64,000 bases of DNA from Bacteroidales bacterium. GTDB taxonomy: Bacteria > Bacteroidota > Bacteroidia > Bacteroidales > UBA7960. The notes below the pieces were generated by a model. The model saw only the letters and a list, made by a program, of their open reading frames with translations, did not search any database and was not told where the DNA came from. A program made the translations under genes and the position numbers. The stretch lies in the NCBI GenBank assembly GCA_003559735.1, contig PWKN01000001.1:2327-66326 (forward strand), in the 5' to 3' direction. Shown piece by piece: positions 10,222 to 20,428 of the stretch; position 1 is the stretch's first letter, and every line of letters starts with the position of its first letter.

Positions 10222-12936
10222 TTGTATACAAACTTCATTTTTAAGTTTTTTATACTGGTTGGCGCCTCCTTTTTCTTCATTGCCGTCAGCAACGGTCAGG
10301 TTCCTGATGAGCCTGCCCACATTATGCTGGAAGACACCATTTACACAGTTCCCGGTCACGATCACGATACCCTGGCGGTTGATACGGTGGGTGAACAACC
10401 GGAACGGATCAGGGAGTCTGCTGTCATACTGGACGATAAGGTTGTATACTCTGCCGAGGATACCATTTATCACGACATTCGCAACCGGCGTGTATATATA
10501 TATGGCAATGCTGATCTCAGGTATATGGACATGCATCTTAATGCGGCATATATCGAAATAGACTTCAACACCAATGAATTGTATGCGCATGGTCTGCCCG
10601 ACACCGCTGGTGTTATACAGGGGAAGCCTGTCTTTACTGAAGGCATGCAAAGCTTTCAGTCGGAGGAACTGAGGTACAACTTTGAAACCAGCCGTGGACG
10701 GACCATTGGTGTGGTTACGGAGGAGGCCGATGGGTACGTGCATGGTAATGTTGTTAAACTGCAGCCGAGCAGGGAGGTACATGTTTCGGAAGGGAAATAT
10801 ACTACTTGCGACGACCCTGACCCGCACTTTCATATCGCTTTTCGCCGTGCAAAGATCATCCCTGACGACAAAATCGTTTCAAGTTTTGCTTTTCTGGTCA
10901 TTCGTGATGTTCCTACTCCCTTATTCATTCCGTTCGGGTTTTTCCCCAACAAAAGGGGACAAGCCTCGGGAGTGTTGGTGCCCTCATACGGGGAAAGCAG
11001 AAACCGGGGTTTTTATCTCGAAAATGGCGGTTTTTATTGGGGGATCAATGAATATGTTGACCTGTCGGTCAGGGGAGATATTTATTCGAGGGGCAGCTGG
11101 GCACTTAGGGCAGGGTCAAATTATACGATGCGCTACCGGTTCAATGGCAGCGTGAACCTTTCTTATGCGGTGAATGTGCTGGGTGAGCGAAACCTGCCCG
11201 GTTATGAGCGCAGCAATGATTTCCGCATACAATGGAGCCATAGCCAGGCCAGACAGGCACACCCCACACGCACCTTCCGGGCGAGTGTAAATGCCGGAAC
11301 AAGCCAGTCGAGCCGTTTTAATCCGGTTTCAGACCAGGATTACCTGTCAAATACCTTCTCTTCCAATGTGTCATACTCCAGGAGCTGGGCCGGCAAATAC
11401 AATTTATCTGCCAATTTGCGGCACAGCCAGAATACCAACAACCAAATTGTCGACCTGAGCGTGCCACAGGTCACATTCGGTGTAAACAGGTTTTATCCCT
11501 TCAGAAGCTCCCAGGCAGCAGGTCAGACCAAATGGTATGAAGACATAACGATGAACTATAACATGTCGGCAAGAAATGAGCTTCGTATTGCCGACACCCT
11601 GCTCTTTACAAGGGATGCGCTCACACAGTTCAGGAACGGGATACGCCACGAAATACCTGTCAGCTATTCAAGACGTGTTCTCAACCACTTCAATATGAGT
11701 ACAAGTTTAAGCTACAGTGAACGATGGTATTTCAGTACCATAAGAAAGGAGTGGGACGATGACCTGATGATCGTCACCCCGACCGACACGGTATATGGCG
11801 ATCTGGTTACAGATACGGTGCCCGGATTTGAAGCAGCCCGTGAATTCAATTTCTCTACGGGACTGAGTACAAGATTGTATGGGTTGATGCAATTCAAATC
11901 GGGACCGGTGTCGGCCGTCAGACATGTGATGTCACCGAGTGTGAGCTTTTCAATGCGCCCTGACTTTGCCAGCGATTTCTGGGGGTATTACAAGGACTAT
12001 TATGATCCCCAAAGAGATGAAACAATAAGGTATTCCATATTTGAAGGCGGCCTTTATGGGGGTCCGCCTGCGGGACGTTCAGGAAATATCGGACTCTCAA
12101 TTACCAACAACCTGGAAATGAAGGTACGCAACCGGAGAGACCCCGATGCGGAAGAACGAAAAATTGTGCTGGTCGACAATTTAAGCATTTCAACGGGCTA
12201 CGACATCGCAAGAGACTCCCTTAACCTGTCTGATATTAGGGTGAGCGGCAGAACAAGGATACTGGGCGATTTTGACATCAGTTATTCAAGTACGTGGACA
12301 CCTTATGCGCTGGATGAGAGTGGCCGCCGCATCGACCAGTTTTTATGGAATACCGATAACCGGTTGCTGCAACTGAACAATACAAGCTGGTCGTTCAACC
12401 TGAATTATTCGTTCAGCTCACGCGCAGAGGCCAGGGGCAGAAGTGACGACAGAAGCGGTATCGCTGCCGATGGCGCCATGTCGCATGGACGAGATCCCGG
12501 GACAGACCTGATGGGAAACGGGAATGATATCCCTGGTGATGAAATGTTGCCAGAAATAATGCCGGGCAACGGAATTGATTACAGTGTGCCCTGGAACCTT
12601 AGCTTCTCCTATTCATTCAATTATAATTCGAGGTACCGCCACCAGGACAATAAAATGGACCGCAACGTTATTCAAAACCTGTCGGTGCGTGGCGACGTTT
12701 ACCTGACCCCGAAGTGGCGGGTGGGGTTCAGGACAGGCTATGATTTTGACAACAGGCAGATCACGTATACTTCTATTGACATTCATCGAGACCTGCATTG
12801 CTGGGAAATGACATTTAACTGGATACCAATGGGGTTTCGTCAAAGCTACAATTTTACCATACGGGTAAAATCAAGTGTGTTACAGGATCTGAAGCTGACA
12901 AGACGGACGCACCATATGGACCGGGCATTCTTCTAG
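10222..12936 (+). CDS. Large outer-membrane beta-barrel protein, Bacteroidota LptD-like (putative LPS assembly protein)
   Basis: Signal-like N-terminus, 900 aa, alternating beta-strand pattern rich in Y/F/N/S/R, terminal aromatic residue (..DRAFF). Divergent from the amidase gene. The only N-terminal start is a TTG, so the start is uncertain. Confidence 0.7.
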   Translation: MYTNFIFKFFILVGASFFFIAVSNGQVPDEPAHIMLEDTIYTVPGHDHDTLAVDTVGEQPERIRESAVILDDKVVYSAEDTIYHDIRNRRVYIYGNADLRYMDMHLNAAYIEIDFNTNELYAHGLPDTAGVIQGKPVFTEGMQSFQSEELRYNFETSRGRTIGVVTEEADGYVHGNVVKLQPSREVHVSEGKYTTCDDPDPHFHIAFRRAKIIPDDKIVSSFAFLVIRDVPTPLFIPFGFFPNKRGQASGVLVPSYGESRNRGFYLENGGFYWGINEYVDLSVRGDIYSRGSWALRAGSNYTMRYRFNGSVNLSYAVNVLGERNLPGYERSNDFRIQWSHSQARQAHPTRTFRASVNAGTSQSSRFNPVSDQDYLSNTFSSNVSYSRSWAGKYNLSANLRHSQNTNNQIVDLSVPQVTFGVNRFYPFRSSQAAGQTKWYEDITMNYNMSARNELRIADTLLFTRDALTQFRNGIRHEIPVSYSRRVLNHFNMSTSLSYSERWYFSTIRKEWDDDLMIVTPTDTVYGDLVTDTVPGFEAAREFNFSTGLSTRLYGLMQFKSGPVSAVRHVMSPSVSFSMRPDFASDFWGYYKDYYDPQRDETIRYSIFEGGLYGGPPAGRSGNIGLSITNNLEMKVRNRRDPDAEERKIVLVDNLSISTGYDIARDSLNLSDIRVSGRTRILGDFDISYSSTWTPYALDESGRRIDQFLWNTDNRLLQLNNTSWSFNLNYSFSSRAEARGRSDDRSGIAADGAMSHGRDPGTDLMGNGNDIPGDEMLPEIMPGNGIDYSVPWNLSFSYSFNYNSRYRHQDNKMDRNVIQNLSVRGDVYLTPKWRVGFRTGYDFDNRQITYTSIDIHRDLHCWEMTFNWIPMGFRQSYNFTIRVKSSVLQDLKLTRRTHHMDRAFF

Positions 12937-13063
12937 GGGTTGCAGGATGATATGCTTCCCTGTATGCTTCAGGATATGGGTTTCGTTGCGAAAGCCTTGA
13001 AATGTGATGCTGTGTTTGCGGCTTTCGACACCTTGCATCTGACCTGAATGAAAAGCTTTAATA

Positions 13064-14176
13064 ATGCAAGACATACAAATGGTGAAAACAACAGATACGA
13101 ATATGATGAAGGCTTCTGAACTTAAAAAGCTGGTGGTTGACCTGCTCGGCACATGCAATGTGCCTGGTGATGATGCAGAAACTACCGCACAGGTTCTTGT
13201 TGCTGCCGAGATGCGCGACATACCCTCACATGGTATGTTGCGACTTACCGATTACATCCGGATGTTGCTGAACGGGCGCATGAATGCAAAAGCCGTTCCC
13301 TCTGTCCTGCACGAAAGTCCGTCTACCCTGACAATCGACGGGGACAACGGATTGGGGCCCGTTGTTGCTGATTATGCAATGAAAAGGGCCATAACCAAAG
13401 CCCGGACAGCAGGAACGGGATGGGTGGCAGTTCAAAACAGCAACCATTTTGGAATTGCCGGTTACTATGCGATGCAGGCCTTGCCGCATCAGATGATCGG
13501 CTTGTGTATGTGCAATGCAAATCCCCTGGTGGCACCCACTTTTGCTGCCGGGGGGGTGATGGGGACAAATCCGCTGGCAATTGCCATTCCGGCAGGGAAG
13601 GAACCACCGCTGGTGGCAGATTTTGCCACGGCCGCCATAGCCAGGGGCAAGGTTGACCTCCTTTGCAAACAAGGGTTGCCCATAGAAGAAGGTTTCGTGC
13701 AGGACGCTGATGGGAGTCCGGCAACAGATCCCTGCGTGCTGAGGCACGGGGGTGCAATACTGCCCCTGGGCAGCACGAGAAAATATGGAAGCCACAAAGG
13801 GTATTGTCTGGCTTCTGCGATCGATATCCTTTCAGGTTTGTTGTCAGGTGCCAATTTTGGCCCGTATGTGCCACCTTCGGTAGACTGGCTTCCATTGAAG
13901 GATCATCTGCCAGGCAAAGGTACCGGTCATTTTTTTGGTGCCATGCGTATTGATGCATTCCGGCCCGAAAAAGAGTTTCTTGCAGCAATGGAACAGTGGG
14001 TTTCAACATTTCGCAATACAAAACCTGCAGCGGGACAGGAAAAAGTGTATATACCCGGTGACCCCGAAAGGGAAGCGGAAAAAAGAAACAGACAAACAGG
14101 GATCAGGTTGCAGGAAACAGTGAAAGACCAGATAAAAGTGGTGTGCAAGGAACTTAATCTTGATTGTCCGTTTTAG
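13064..14176 (+). CDS. Ldh_2 family oxidoreductase (malate/L-lactate/sulfolactate dehydrogenase family 2)
   Basis: Family-typical segments SHGMLRL, NSNHFGIAGYY, GTNPLAIAIP, ATAAIARGK, YGSHKGY. The start could also be ATG 13103. Confidence 0.85.
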   Translation: MQDIQMVKTTDTNMMKASELKKLVVDLLGTCNVPGDDAETTAQVLVAAEMRDIPSHGMLRLTDYIRMLLNGRMNAKAVPSVLHESPSTLTIDGDNGLGPVVADYAMKRAITKARTAGTGWVAVQNSNHFGIAGYYAMQALPHQMIGLCMCNANPLVAPTFAAGGVMGTNPLAIAIPAGKEPPLVADFATAAIARGKVDLLCKQGLPIEEGFVQDADGSPATDPCVLRHGGAILPLGSTRKYGSHKGYCLASAIDILSGLLSGANFGPYVPPSVDWLPLKDHLPGKGTGHFFGAMRIDAFRPEKEFLAAMEQWVSTFRNTKPAAGQEKVYIPGDPEREAEKRNRQTGIRLQETVKDQIKVVCKELNLDCPF

Positions 14177-14220
14177 CATGCTGTACAATACAGGTATGGT
14201 AATTGCAAAAAAAAATCATG

Positions 14221-14228
14221 TATCTTTG
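14221..14228 (+). promoter_or_regulatory. TAnnTTTG (-7 type) Bacteroidota promoter motif
   Basis: TATCTTTG in the 313-bp intergenic region. No ORF follows before the T-run terminator. Confidence 0.3.
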
Positions 14229-14245
14229 CAGCTGTGCTTGGGTAT

Positions 14246-14284
14246 GACCAGGTAACCAAACTGAATGGTCTTTTGTTTTTTTTT
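14246..14284 (+). terminator. Weak hairpin plus long T-run
   Basis: GACCA(14246-14250)/TGGTC(14266-14270) followed by TTTTGTTTTTTTTT. Lies 70 nt after the Ldh_2 stop and 18 nt after a TATCTTTG motif. Confidence 0.3.
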
Positions 14285-14324
14285 ATAATCAACTCAGGAA
14301 GGTTTACTGTTTGGTAAATTGTTT

Positions 14325-14332
14325 TACCTTTG
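14325..14332 (+). promoter_or_regulatory. TAnnTTTG (-7 type) promoter motif
   Basis: TACCTTTG about 160 nt upstream of the 14490 ATG, which implies a long leader. Confidence 0.3.
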
Positions 14333-14489
14333 CATATTGCTAAAATCATTCAACAATGACCGGGTGGACCGGGCAGGGCCCTCTGCGGACAAATCAAACG
14401 GATGATTACTGCATTGTTCATTTGCCTTTGGCGAACCTGGGAAGATCCGGTTTATGCGACCCTAATCTAAAAAATAAAAATACAAACAG

Positions 14490-15077
14490 ATGAAAACAGC
14501 TATTCAAATTGTTTTGGCACTTGTGATTGTGGTTTTGGGCTATTTTATATACGACAGCATTATGGAACCTGTCCGTTTTCGCCAGGAAGTACAGCAGCGC
14601 GAAGCAGCCATTATTCAGAACCTGAAGGATATCCGTGAAGTTCAGCGTTCTCACCGTTCAAGGTACCAGCGTTTTACAGCTGATATTGATTCGTTGGTGA
14701 TGTTTTATAACCTTGATTCGCTGGCAGTGGTGCGTGCCATTGGTTCCGTGCCCGATACCCTTACGGAAACGGAAGCCGTACGCCTTGGGATCGTTCAGCG
14801 CGACACCATATGGGTCGCAGCGAAAGACAGCCTGCTCAGACATGCGACATATCCCATCGACTCACTGCCCTATGTGCCCTATGGATATGGCCAGCGCTTT
14901 GAAATGCAAGCTGACTTCATTGAACGCGGTCTGGTTAAGTTGCCTGTTTTTGAAGCTTCCGTAAGTCCACATATATACATGGGCGATTTGGATAGATGGA
15001 GGGTGTATTACACGCGTGAAGAGGGTCTCAGGGTTGGATCAATGCAGGAAGCGGTGCTTGACGGTAACTGGGAGTAA
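14490..15077 (+). CDS. Hypothetical membrane-anchored protein
   Basis: ATG start and a single N-terminal TM helix (AIQIVLALVIVVLGYFIY). No motif I recognise. Co-directional with the following genes. Confidence 0.6.
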   Translation: MKTAIQIVLALVIVVLGYFIYDSIMEPVRFRQEVQQREAAIIQNLKDIREVQRSHRSRYQRFTADIDSLVMFYNLDSLAVVRAIGSVPDTLTETEAVRLGIVQRDTIWVAAKDSLLRHATYPIDSLPYVPYGYGQRFEMQADFIERGLVKLPVFEASVSPHIYMGDLDRWRVYYTREEGLRVGSMQEAVLDGNWE

Positions 15078-15095
15078 AAACTTATACGCTTCATT

Positions 15096-15968
15096 ATGCC
15101 TGGCCCCCTCCGTAATACCATAAGTATTGTCGATGCGGAACATCATACCGGGAGGCCCGAATCAAAATACATACTCTCTGTCGGGTTTGCACCCGATGTG
15201 TTCATCTTTTCATTATTGGATGTCAGTGATTTCAGGTACGTTGCACTCGAGGAGTACCGCCTCGATCATGCGAATGAACTGAAGCACTATACCAGTCAGC
15301 TGAGAGAGCTCATCAGGGGTAATGAACTTTTCAAAAAACAGTTTGAAAGAATAAACATAGCCTACTATTCTGGTCAGCTGGTCCTTGTCCCGGGAGAACT
15401 ATACAATGATGAGGATACGGATGTCTGGCTTGACTTCTGCACAAGTGGCAGACAACAGGGCCAGGTGAGGTCAGACAGGCTCTATGTCCTGAACGCCTTC
15501 GGGATCTATTCCGTTCCGCATGAAGTGATCGCATTTTTTGAAGAGATGCTGCCGGGTTACAGGCTCAGGCATCATGGTGCCGCCCTGATAGAAAACACTG
15601 TTGCGATCCGTCAGCTTGATGGGTGGCAGGCAGACATGGTACTGCATATCAATCCGAAACACTTTGAAATACTCCTGTTCCAGCAGGAAAAACTATCCTG
15701 TTACCAGTCCTTCCAAATCCAATGTCTCGATGACATGCTGTATTACATATTCTATGTGTTGGAACAATACGGACTGCAAGCCAGCCGGCTGGAGGCAATG
15801 GTGCTCGGCAGACTGTCACTCGACTCGCGTGGCTTTGAACTGCTCTCTTCATTTTTTAAAAAAGTGAGTTTTCCAGGTAAAAATGATATGTATAAATACA
15901 GCCAGGAGTTTGAACAGGTGCCCTGCCATTATTTTTTCAATATCTTCAACCTGAATACATGCGGATAA
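15096..15968 (+). CDS. Hypothetical protein, probably DUF3822 family
   Basis: 290 aa, directly upstream of and overlapping rsmD by 10 nt. I remember this position being occupied by DUF3822 in Bacteroidota. The family assignment is from memory only. Confidence 0.55.
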   Translation: MPGPLRNTISIVDAEHHTGRPESKYILSVGFAPDVFIFSLLDVSDFRYVALEEYRLDHANELKHYTSQLRELIRGNELFKKQFERINIAYYSGQLVLVPGELYNDEDTDVWLDFCTSGRQQGQVRSDRLYVLNAFGIYSVPHEVIAFFEEMLPGYRLRHHGAALIENTVAIRQLDGWQADMVLHINPKHFEILLFQQEKLSCYQSFQIQCLDDMLYYIFYVLEQYGLQASRLEAMVLGRLSLDSRGFELLSSFFKKVSFPGKNDMYKYSQEFEQVPCHYFFNIFNLNTCG

Positions 15969-16495
15969 TCGGCGGACATAGTCAGCGGAGGCTGATAAAG
16001 CCACCCAGGGGACTTCCGGTCAGACCTACCACCGATAAAGCCAAAGAGGGCTTGTTCAACATACTGAATAATGTTTTTGACTTCGGGGCAGTCAGGGTAC
16101 TCGACCTGTTTGCCGGGACTGGCAGCATCTCTTATGAATTTGCATCAAGGGGTGCAGTCGAAGTGGTGGCTGTGGAAAAACACCCTGCATGTGTCCGGTT
16201 CATCAGGCAGGTAAAAACCCAATTCTCTTTTGATCAGCTGATGATCGTCAGGGCAGATGCTTTTCGCTTTCTTTTACAATGCAGACAGTCTTTCGATATC
16301 GTTTTTGCAGATCCTCCATACGGACTGGAGGAGATGGGGCGGCTGCCTGACCTTGTTTTCTCAAGGGATTTGATTTCCCATGGCGGTATGCTGATCATTG
16401 AGCATTCTTCAGACACCCTGTTTGACAAACATCCCTGCTTTGTAAAGAAACGGAACTACAGCAGGGTGACCTTTAGTTTCTTTGAGCCTGCATGA
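15959..16495 (+). CDS. rsmD: 16S rRNA (guanine966-N2)-methyltransferase RsmD
   Basis: RIIGG...RPTTDKAKEGLFNIL N-terminus, SAM motif LDLFAGTGS, catalytic FADPPY. Confidence 0.9.
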   Translation: MRIIGGHSQRRLIKPPRGLPVRPTTDKAKEGLFNILNNVFDFGAVRVLDLFAGTGSISYEFASRGAVEVVAVEKHPACVRFIRQVKTQFSFDQLMIVRADAFRFLLQCRQSFDIVFADPPYGLEEMGRLPDLVFSRDLISHGGMLIIEHSSDTLFDKHPCFVKKRNYSRVTFSFFEPA

Positions 16496-16608
16496 ATAAT
16501 ACTGGTGAAATGGTGCGTTAATGATAAAGGATTTTTATACTTTTACCACCGGGTAATCGTTTCATTAAAGCGGCACTCAGTCCCCGGGTTTTTTAAAAAT
16601 ACAATCAT

Positions 16609-17070
16609 ATGGAAAGAATTGCTTTGTTCCCAGGTTCGTTTGACCCGATCACAAGAGGTCATGAATCGATCGTTCGCAGGGCCTTGCCATTGTTCGATAA
16701 AATTATTGTTGCCATTGGGGTGAATGAGGAAAAGAAGAGCTTCTTTCCGTTGGAAAAAAGAAAAGCCTGGATTGAAACAGTGTTTGCTTCTGCCGGGCAG
16801 GTAGAGGTCGTAACCTATACCGGACTAACTGTTCATTTGTGCCGTGAGTTGAATGTAGGCTTTATTTTAAGAGGATTGCGTACTTCTGCCGATTTTGAGT
16901 TTGAAAGGAGTATTGGCCAGATGAACAAAAAAATGCTTCCCGGGGTGGAAACGGTATTTTTACTGACTACTCCCGAATATACTGCCTTAAACTCCCATAT
17001 TGTCAGAGACATCATCAGACACGGTGGTGATGCCTCTTCATTCATACCTGTAGGTGTTCATATTGACTGA
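16609..17070 (+). CDS. coaD: Phosphopantetheine adenylyltransferase
   Basis: FPGSFDPITRGH nucleotidyltransferase motif, LRGLR, ISSTIVR-like SHIVRDI. 153 aa. Confidence 0.95.
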   Translation: MERIALFPGSFDPITRGHESIVRRALPLFDKIIVAIGVNEEKKSFFPLEKRKAWIETVFASAGQVEVVTYTGLTVHLCRELNVGFILRGLRTSADFEFERSIGQMNKKMLPGVETVFLLTTPEYTALNSHIVRDIIRHGGDASSFIPVGVHID

Positions 17071-17195
17071 CGGCACCAACCGGACAGAAACAGCCGCAAC
17101 GAGCCTGTCGCCTTTTGTTCGGAGGGCTGGCCGGTACGCCCGGCATACGGGGGTTGGCGAATGATTATGAAATGAAAGACCATGACAGCCGCATT

Positions 17196-18599
17196 ATGAA
17201 ACTCATCATTCTCTTCTTTTTCTGTTTTCTTGTGCAGGATGCTGCAGGCAAGTCTGCTGTTTTGATACGTGGATTGTTTCCCGGGGCGGAAGGGCAGGAG
17301 GTGCGGCTGCTGATATATGAGGATCTGATAAGCAAAAAGACCCGGGAGGCTGACGCCACGATCATTGATGAGCATGGAGGGTTTGGGTTGAGCGTGCATA
17401 TAGATGAGGCACAACCCGTGGTATTGAGGATCATGCATGCGCGGGTTTCTTTTTATGTGGAACCGGGACAAAGGTACCTGCTGACTTTTGACCCGGCCGA
17501 TCCTGGTACATATGGACAGGGTGGCAGCCAGCACCCATTGCGGCAGGATTTCAGCTATGATATACAAAACGAACAGGAAGGGGTGCCCGGCCTGAACCGG
17601 TTAACCAGTCAGCTGAACTATATGGTGGCTGATTACCTGGATGCATATGTGGCAGGCAACATCCGTGCCAGCCATCGGCATTCTCTCGCATTATTCAGGG
17701 CACAGGCAGATTCTGCATTCCTCGATGTCAGCAATCCATTTGTAGTTGATTATGTGCGGTATTACCTGGCTTACCTGGAACGTGCCCTTCATGCGCGGCA
17801 GGAGCAGGCACTGATCAGCACATATCTTGCTGACCGGCCGGTATTGTATCACCATCCGATGTATGTGGATTTTGTGCGGACGGTGATGAGCACTTACATG
17901 TTTGGTGGCAGTCGTTCGATAGCACGCAGAGACCTGTACGATGCTGTAAACCGTATGGAGTGCTATCATACGCTGATTGAAACCCTTCGCCAGGACAGTC
18001 TGCTGGAAAATGAGCGCTTCCGGGAGTATGCATTGCTCAGCGGCTTGCAACAGATGCTGACTATGAATGACTTCAGCAACAGGAGGGTTGTCAGCATATT
18101 GGCACAGGTGGTTGAACAGACAAAGATCCCAACGCATGCAACCATCGCAGAAAACATCACAAAACAATATATGGCACTTCAGCCGGGAACCCCGGCTCCG
18201 GAGTTCGTTTTGTATGATCATGAAGGCAAAACCATTGAGCTGAATGACTTCCAGGGCAGGCCCCTGTATCTTTTCTACTGGGCCAGTTGGTGTCCTGTGT
18301 CAATGGCGGAGTTTGGCCCCATGACCATTCTTGCCCACGAGCTGGGCAGCGCCATTGACTTGATTGGCATTTTTATTGATCATGATGATCAGGCAGTTCT
18401 CCGGTTTACCCAAGATAATGATCTTCCTTTCCCCCTGTTGCACTTTGGCAATGATTACCGTATGCTCGACAAATACCAGGTCCGGTCAGTTCCGCATTAT
18501 CTCCTGATAGCACCCGACGGAACGATCCGTTCGGCTGACTTTTTGTCTCCTTCAGCTGGGGCGGCTGCGATGCTGCAAACTATACTGGAGCAAAAATGA
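17196..18599 (+). CDS. TlpA/redoxin-family thiol-disulfide oxidoreductase with long N-terminal domain
   Basis: Signal peptide MKLIILFFFCFLV starting at ATG 17196. C-terminal thioredoxin fold with WASWCPVS (CxxS/C site) and RSVPHYLLIAPDG. Confidence 0.8.
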   Translation: MKLIILFFFCFLVQDAAGKSAVLIRGLFPGAEGQEVRLLIYEDLISKKTREADATIIDEHGGFGLSVHIDEAQPVVLRIMHARVSFYVEPGQRYLLTFDPADPGTYGQGGSQHPLRQDFSYDIQNEQEGVPGLNRLTSQLNYMVADYLDAYVAGNIRASHRHSLALFRAQADSAFLDVSNPFVVDYVRYYLAYLERALHARQEQALISTYLADRPVLYHHPMYVDFVRTVMSTYMFGGSRSIARRDLYDAVNRMECYHTLIETLRQDSLLENERFREYALLSGLQQMLTMNDFSNRRVVSILAQVVEQTKIPTHATIAENITKQYMALQPGTPAPEFVLYDHEGKTIELNDFQGRPLYLFYWASWCPVSMAEFGPMTILAHELGSAIDLIGIFIDHDDQAVLRFTQDNDLPFPLLHFGNDYRMLDKYQVRSVPHYLLIAPDGTIRSADFLSPSAGAAAMLQTILEQK

Positions 18600-18643
18600 A
18601 CCCAAACGGCAGGTTAGATGATCTGCCGCTGTTGCCGAACCCC

Positions 18644-19279
18644 TTATTGATTTTGGTTTCTTTGCATCTGGCAGGTTAGCAGTAATTCCCTGATGCTGCC
18701 ATAGGTGTTTTGCAGTACCCCGGACAGGTGGTCGGGATGTTTCCATTCAGCACGGGTGATCCCTTCACTGAATTGCGGACTCGTGGTAAGGCTGTCTGTT
18801 TTCATCATGAACCAATGGGTCCGTTTTAACACCCATTGGTTCTCATCGTAAGGATATACATGATGGGTATGTGGCAGATCACCAGTGATCTCAAGGCCCT
18901 TTATGCCGCATTCTTCCTCAGCCTCCCTGATGGCCGCTTCTTCAGGTATTTCACCCTTTTCAATATGACCCTTTGGCAAATCCCACCGGTCATTCCGGTA
19001 TATAAACAACCATTTGTCCCCAGGTCCGGCTACAAGTCCCCCTGCTGCCTCTGCAAATAAAAACAGTCTGGCAAACTGTCTGAACAACAGGGATGCATCG
19101 TCACCGGCAAACACAAGTGTTTGATCGTCAGATCCGATAAACTTCATAAAAACGGACCGGCTGACAACGGTACTTATGATGCAGCCAGGCTGAATCTTCT
19201 TATGATCTGTATCTTTTGCAGGTTCTGACAGGAAAAGGATCTTCCTGTTGTTAAAGAAAACGGTATGGGATGTTTCCAT
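18644..19279 (-). CDS. NUDIX hydrolase
   Basis: Nudix box GHIEKGEIPEEAAIREAEEECG in the C-terminal half. Confidence 0.85.
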   Translation of the reverse strand: METSHTVFFNNRKILFLSEPAKDTDHKKIQPGCIISTVVSRSVFMKFIGSDDQTLVFAGDDASLLFRQFARLFLFAEAAGGLVAGPGDKWLFIYRNDRWDLPKGHIEKGEIPEEAAIREAEEECGIKGLEITGDLPHTHHVYPYDENQWVLKRTHWFMMKTDSLTTSPQFSEGITRAEWKHPDHLSGVLQNTYGSIRELLLTCQMQRNQNQ

Positions 19280-19321
19280 AAAAACGAAATAGATTTGTCC
19301 TGACGGCCTGTTTTTTTTTGT

Positions 19322-19329
19322 TAGTTTTG
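19322..19329 (+). promoter_or_regulatory. TAnnTTTG (-7 type) promoter motif for pyrE
   Basis: TAGTTTTG 31 nt upstream of the pyrE ATG. Confidence 0.4.
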
Positions 19330-19359
19330 TACTGTTGTAATTAGCTGACCAATCAGTTC

Positions 19360-20013
19360 ATGAAAGAAAATGACCAATTTGCCGGTGTTATTGCTGAATC
19401 ACTATTGCAAATTAACGCAATAAAATTAAATTTGAGAAGTCCATTCAGGTGGGCTTCGGGATTACGGTCACCAATATATTGCGATAACCGTCTCATATTG
19501 TCCCATCCCGAAATCAGGAGTATGGTGGCAGACCGGTTCGTGGCATTGATCAAAGATCAATTCCCGGATGTGGAAATGATCGCCGGGGTGGCAACGGGTG
19601 CCATTGCACATGGGGTATTGGTTGCTGACCGGCTTGATCTCCCTTTCGTTTATGTTCGTAGTACCCAAAAGGGTCACGGGTTGGGAAGTCTTATCGAGGG
19701 TCATTTTTCCAGTGATCAGCAAACTGTGATCATCGAAGACCTTATTTCGACCGCAAAAAGCAGTCTGGCGGCATATGATGCCCTGTTAAATGCCGGATTG
19801 CATGTTCAGGGGATGCTGGCCATTTTCAGCTACGGACTTGCAGAAGCTGTTCAAAACCTGCAGGCGGCCGGGTGTACATTGACCACACTCTGCGATTATG
19901 GTGCGCTGATGCATTACCTGGAAAAAGGGCAGCAGTTTTCAGACGCAGAGATGAATGAATTAAAAACCTGGCATGCAAACCCTGTAGCCTGGTCGGCTGC
20001 ACATAAAGAATAA
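19360..20013 (+). CDS. pyrE: Orotate phosphoribosyltransferase
   Basis: SGLRSPIYCDNR and PRPP-binding VIIEDLISTAKS motifs. 217 aa. Confidence 0.95.
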   Translation: MKENDQFAGVIAESLLQINAIKLNLRSPFRWASGLRSPIYCDNRLILSHPEIRSMVADRFVALIKDQFPDVEMIAGVATGAIAHGVLVADRLDLPFVYVRSTQKGHGLGSLIEGHFSSDQQTVIIEDLISTAKSSLAAYDALLNAGLHVQGMLAIFSYGLAEAVQNLQAAGCTLTTLCDYGALMHYLEKGQQFSDAEMNELKTWHANPVAWSAAHKE

Positions 20014-20024
20014 AAACTGACTAT

Positions 20025-20426
20025 ATGGCAATTTTTGAAAAAAAGAACATCCCTGTTCATGCAAGTTGTGAAACGGTCTATTCGTTCCTGGGTGACTTCC
20101 GGAACTTTGAAGACCTGATGCCTGAACAGGTTAGTCACTGGAAAGCCGATGAATCATCGTGTTCATTCACCATACAGGGTCTTGCAGACCTTTCCATGCG
20201 AATAGATGCGAAGTATCCGTGCAGCAGCATTTCCGTGGTGTCGGAAGGGAAGAACCCGGTGAACTACAGAATGGACTATTTCTTCTCTGCAAAAGGTGAT
20301 GATCAATGCAGTGTAAGCATTGTGTTTGATGTTGATTTAAACCCGTTTTTGAAGACAATGGCATCGGGACCCTTGCAGCACTTTGTTGACATGCTGGCTG
20401 AGAAACTGCAGGAAAAATACGCCTGA
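20025..20426 (+). CDS. SRPBCC-superfamily small protein (hypothetical)
   Basis: 133 aa with alternating beta/helix pattern and the common pyrE-adjacent position. Family assignment from memory. Confidence 0.55.
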   Translation: MAIFEKKNIPVHASCETVYSFLGDFRNFEDLMPEQVSHWKADESSCSFTIQGLADLSMRIDAKYPCSSISVVSEGKNPVNYRMDYFFSAKGDDQCSVSIVFDVDLNPFLKTMASGPLQHFVDMLAEKLQEKYA

Positions 20427-20428
20427 TA

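Noticed and set aside
10213-14021. Several 100-230-aa ORFs antisense to the LptD-like and Ldh_2 genes (for example 10213-10833, 13226-13795, 13323-14021)
   Set aside because: They overlap strongly supported genes on the opposite strand and have biased, motif-free translations. These are shadow ORFs. The same reasoning applies to 17058-17567, 37787-38359, 56912-57448 and 61051-61629.
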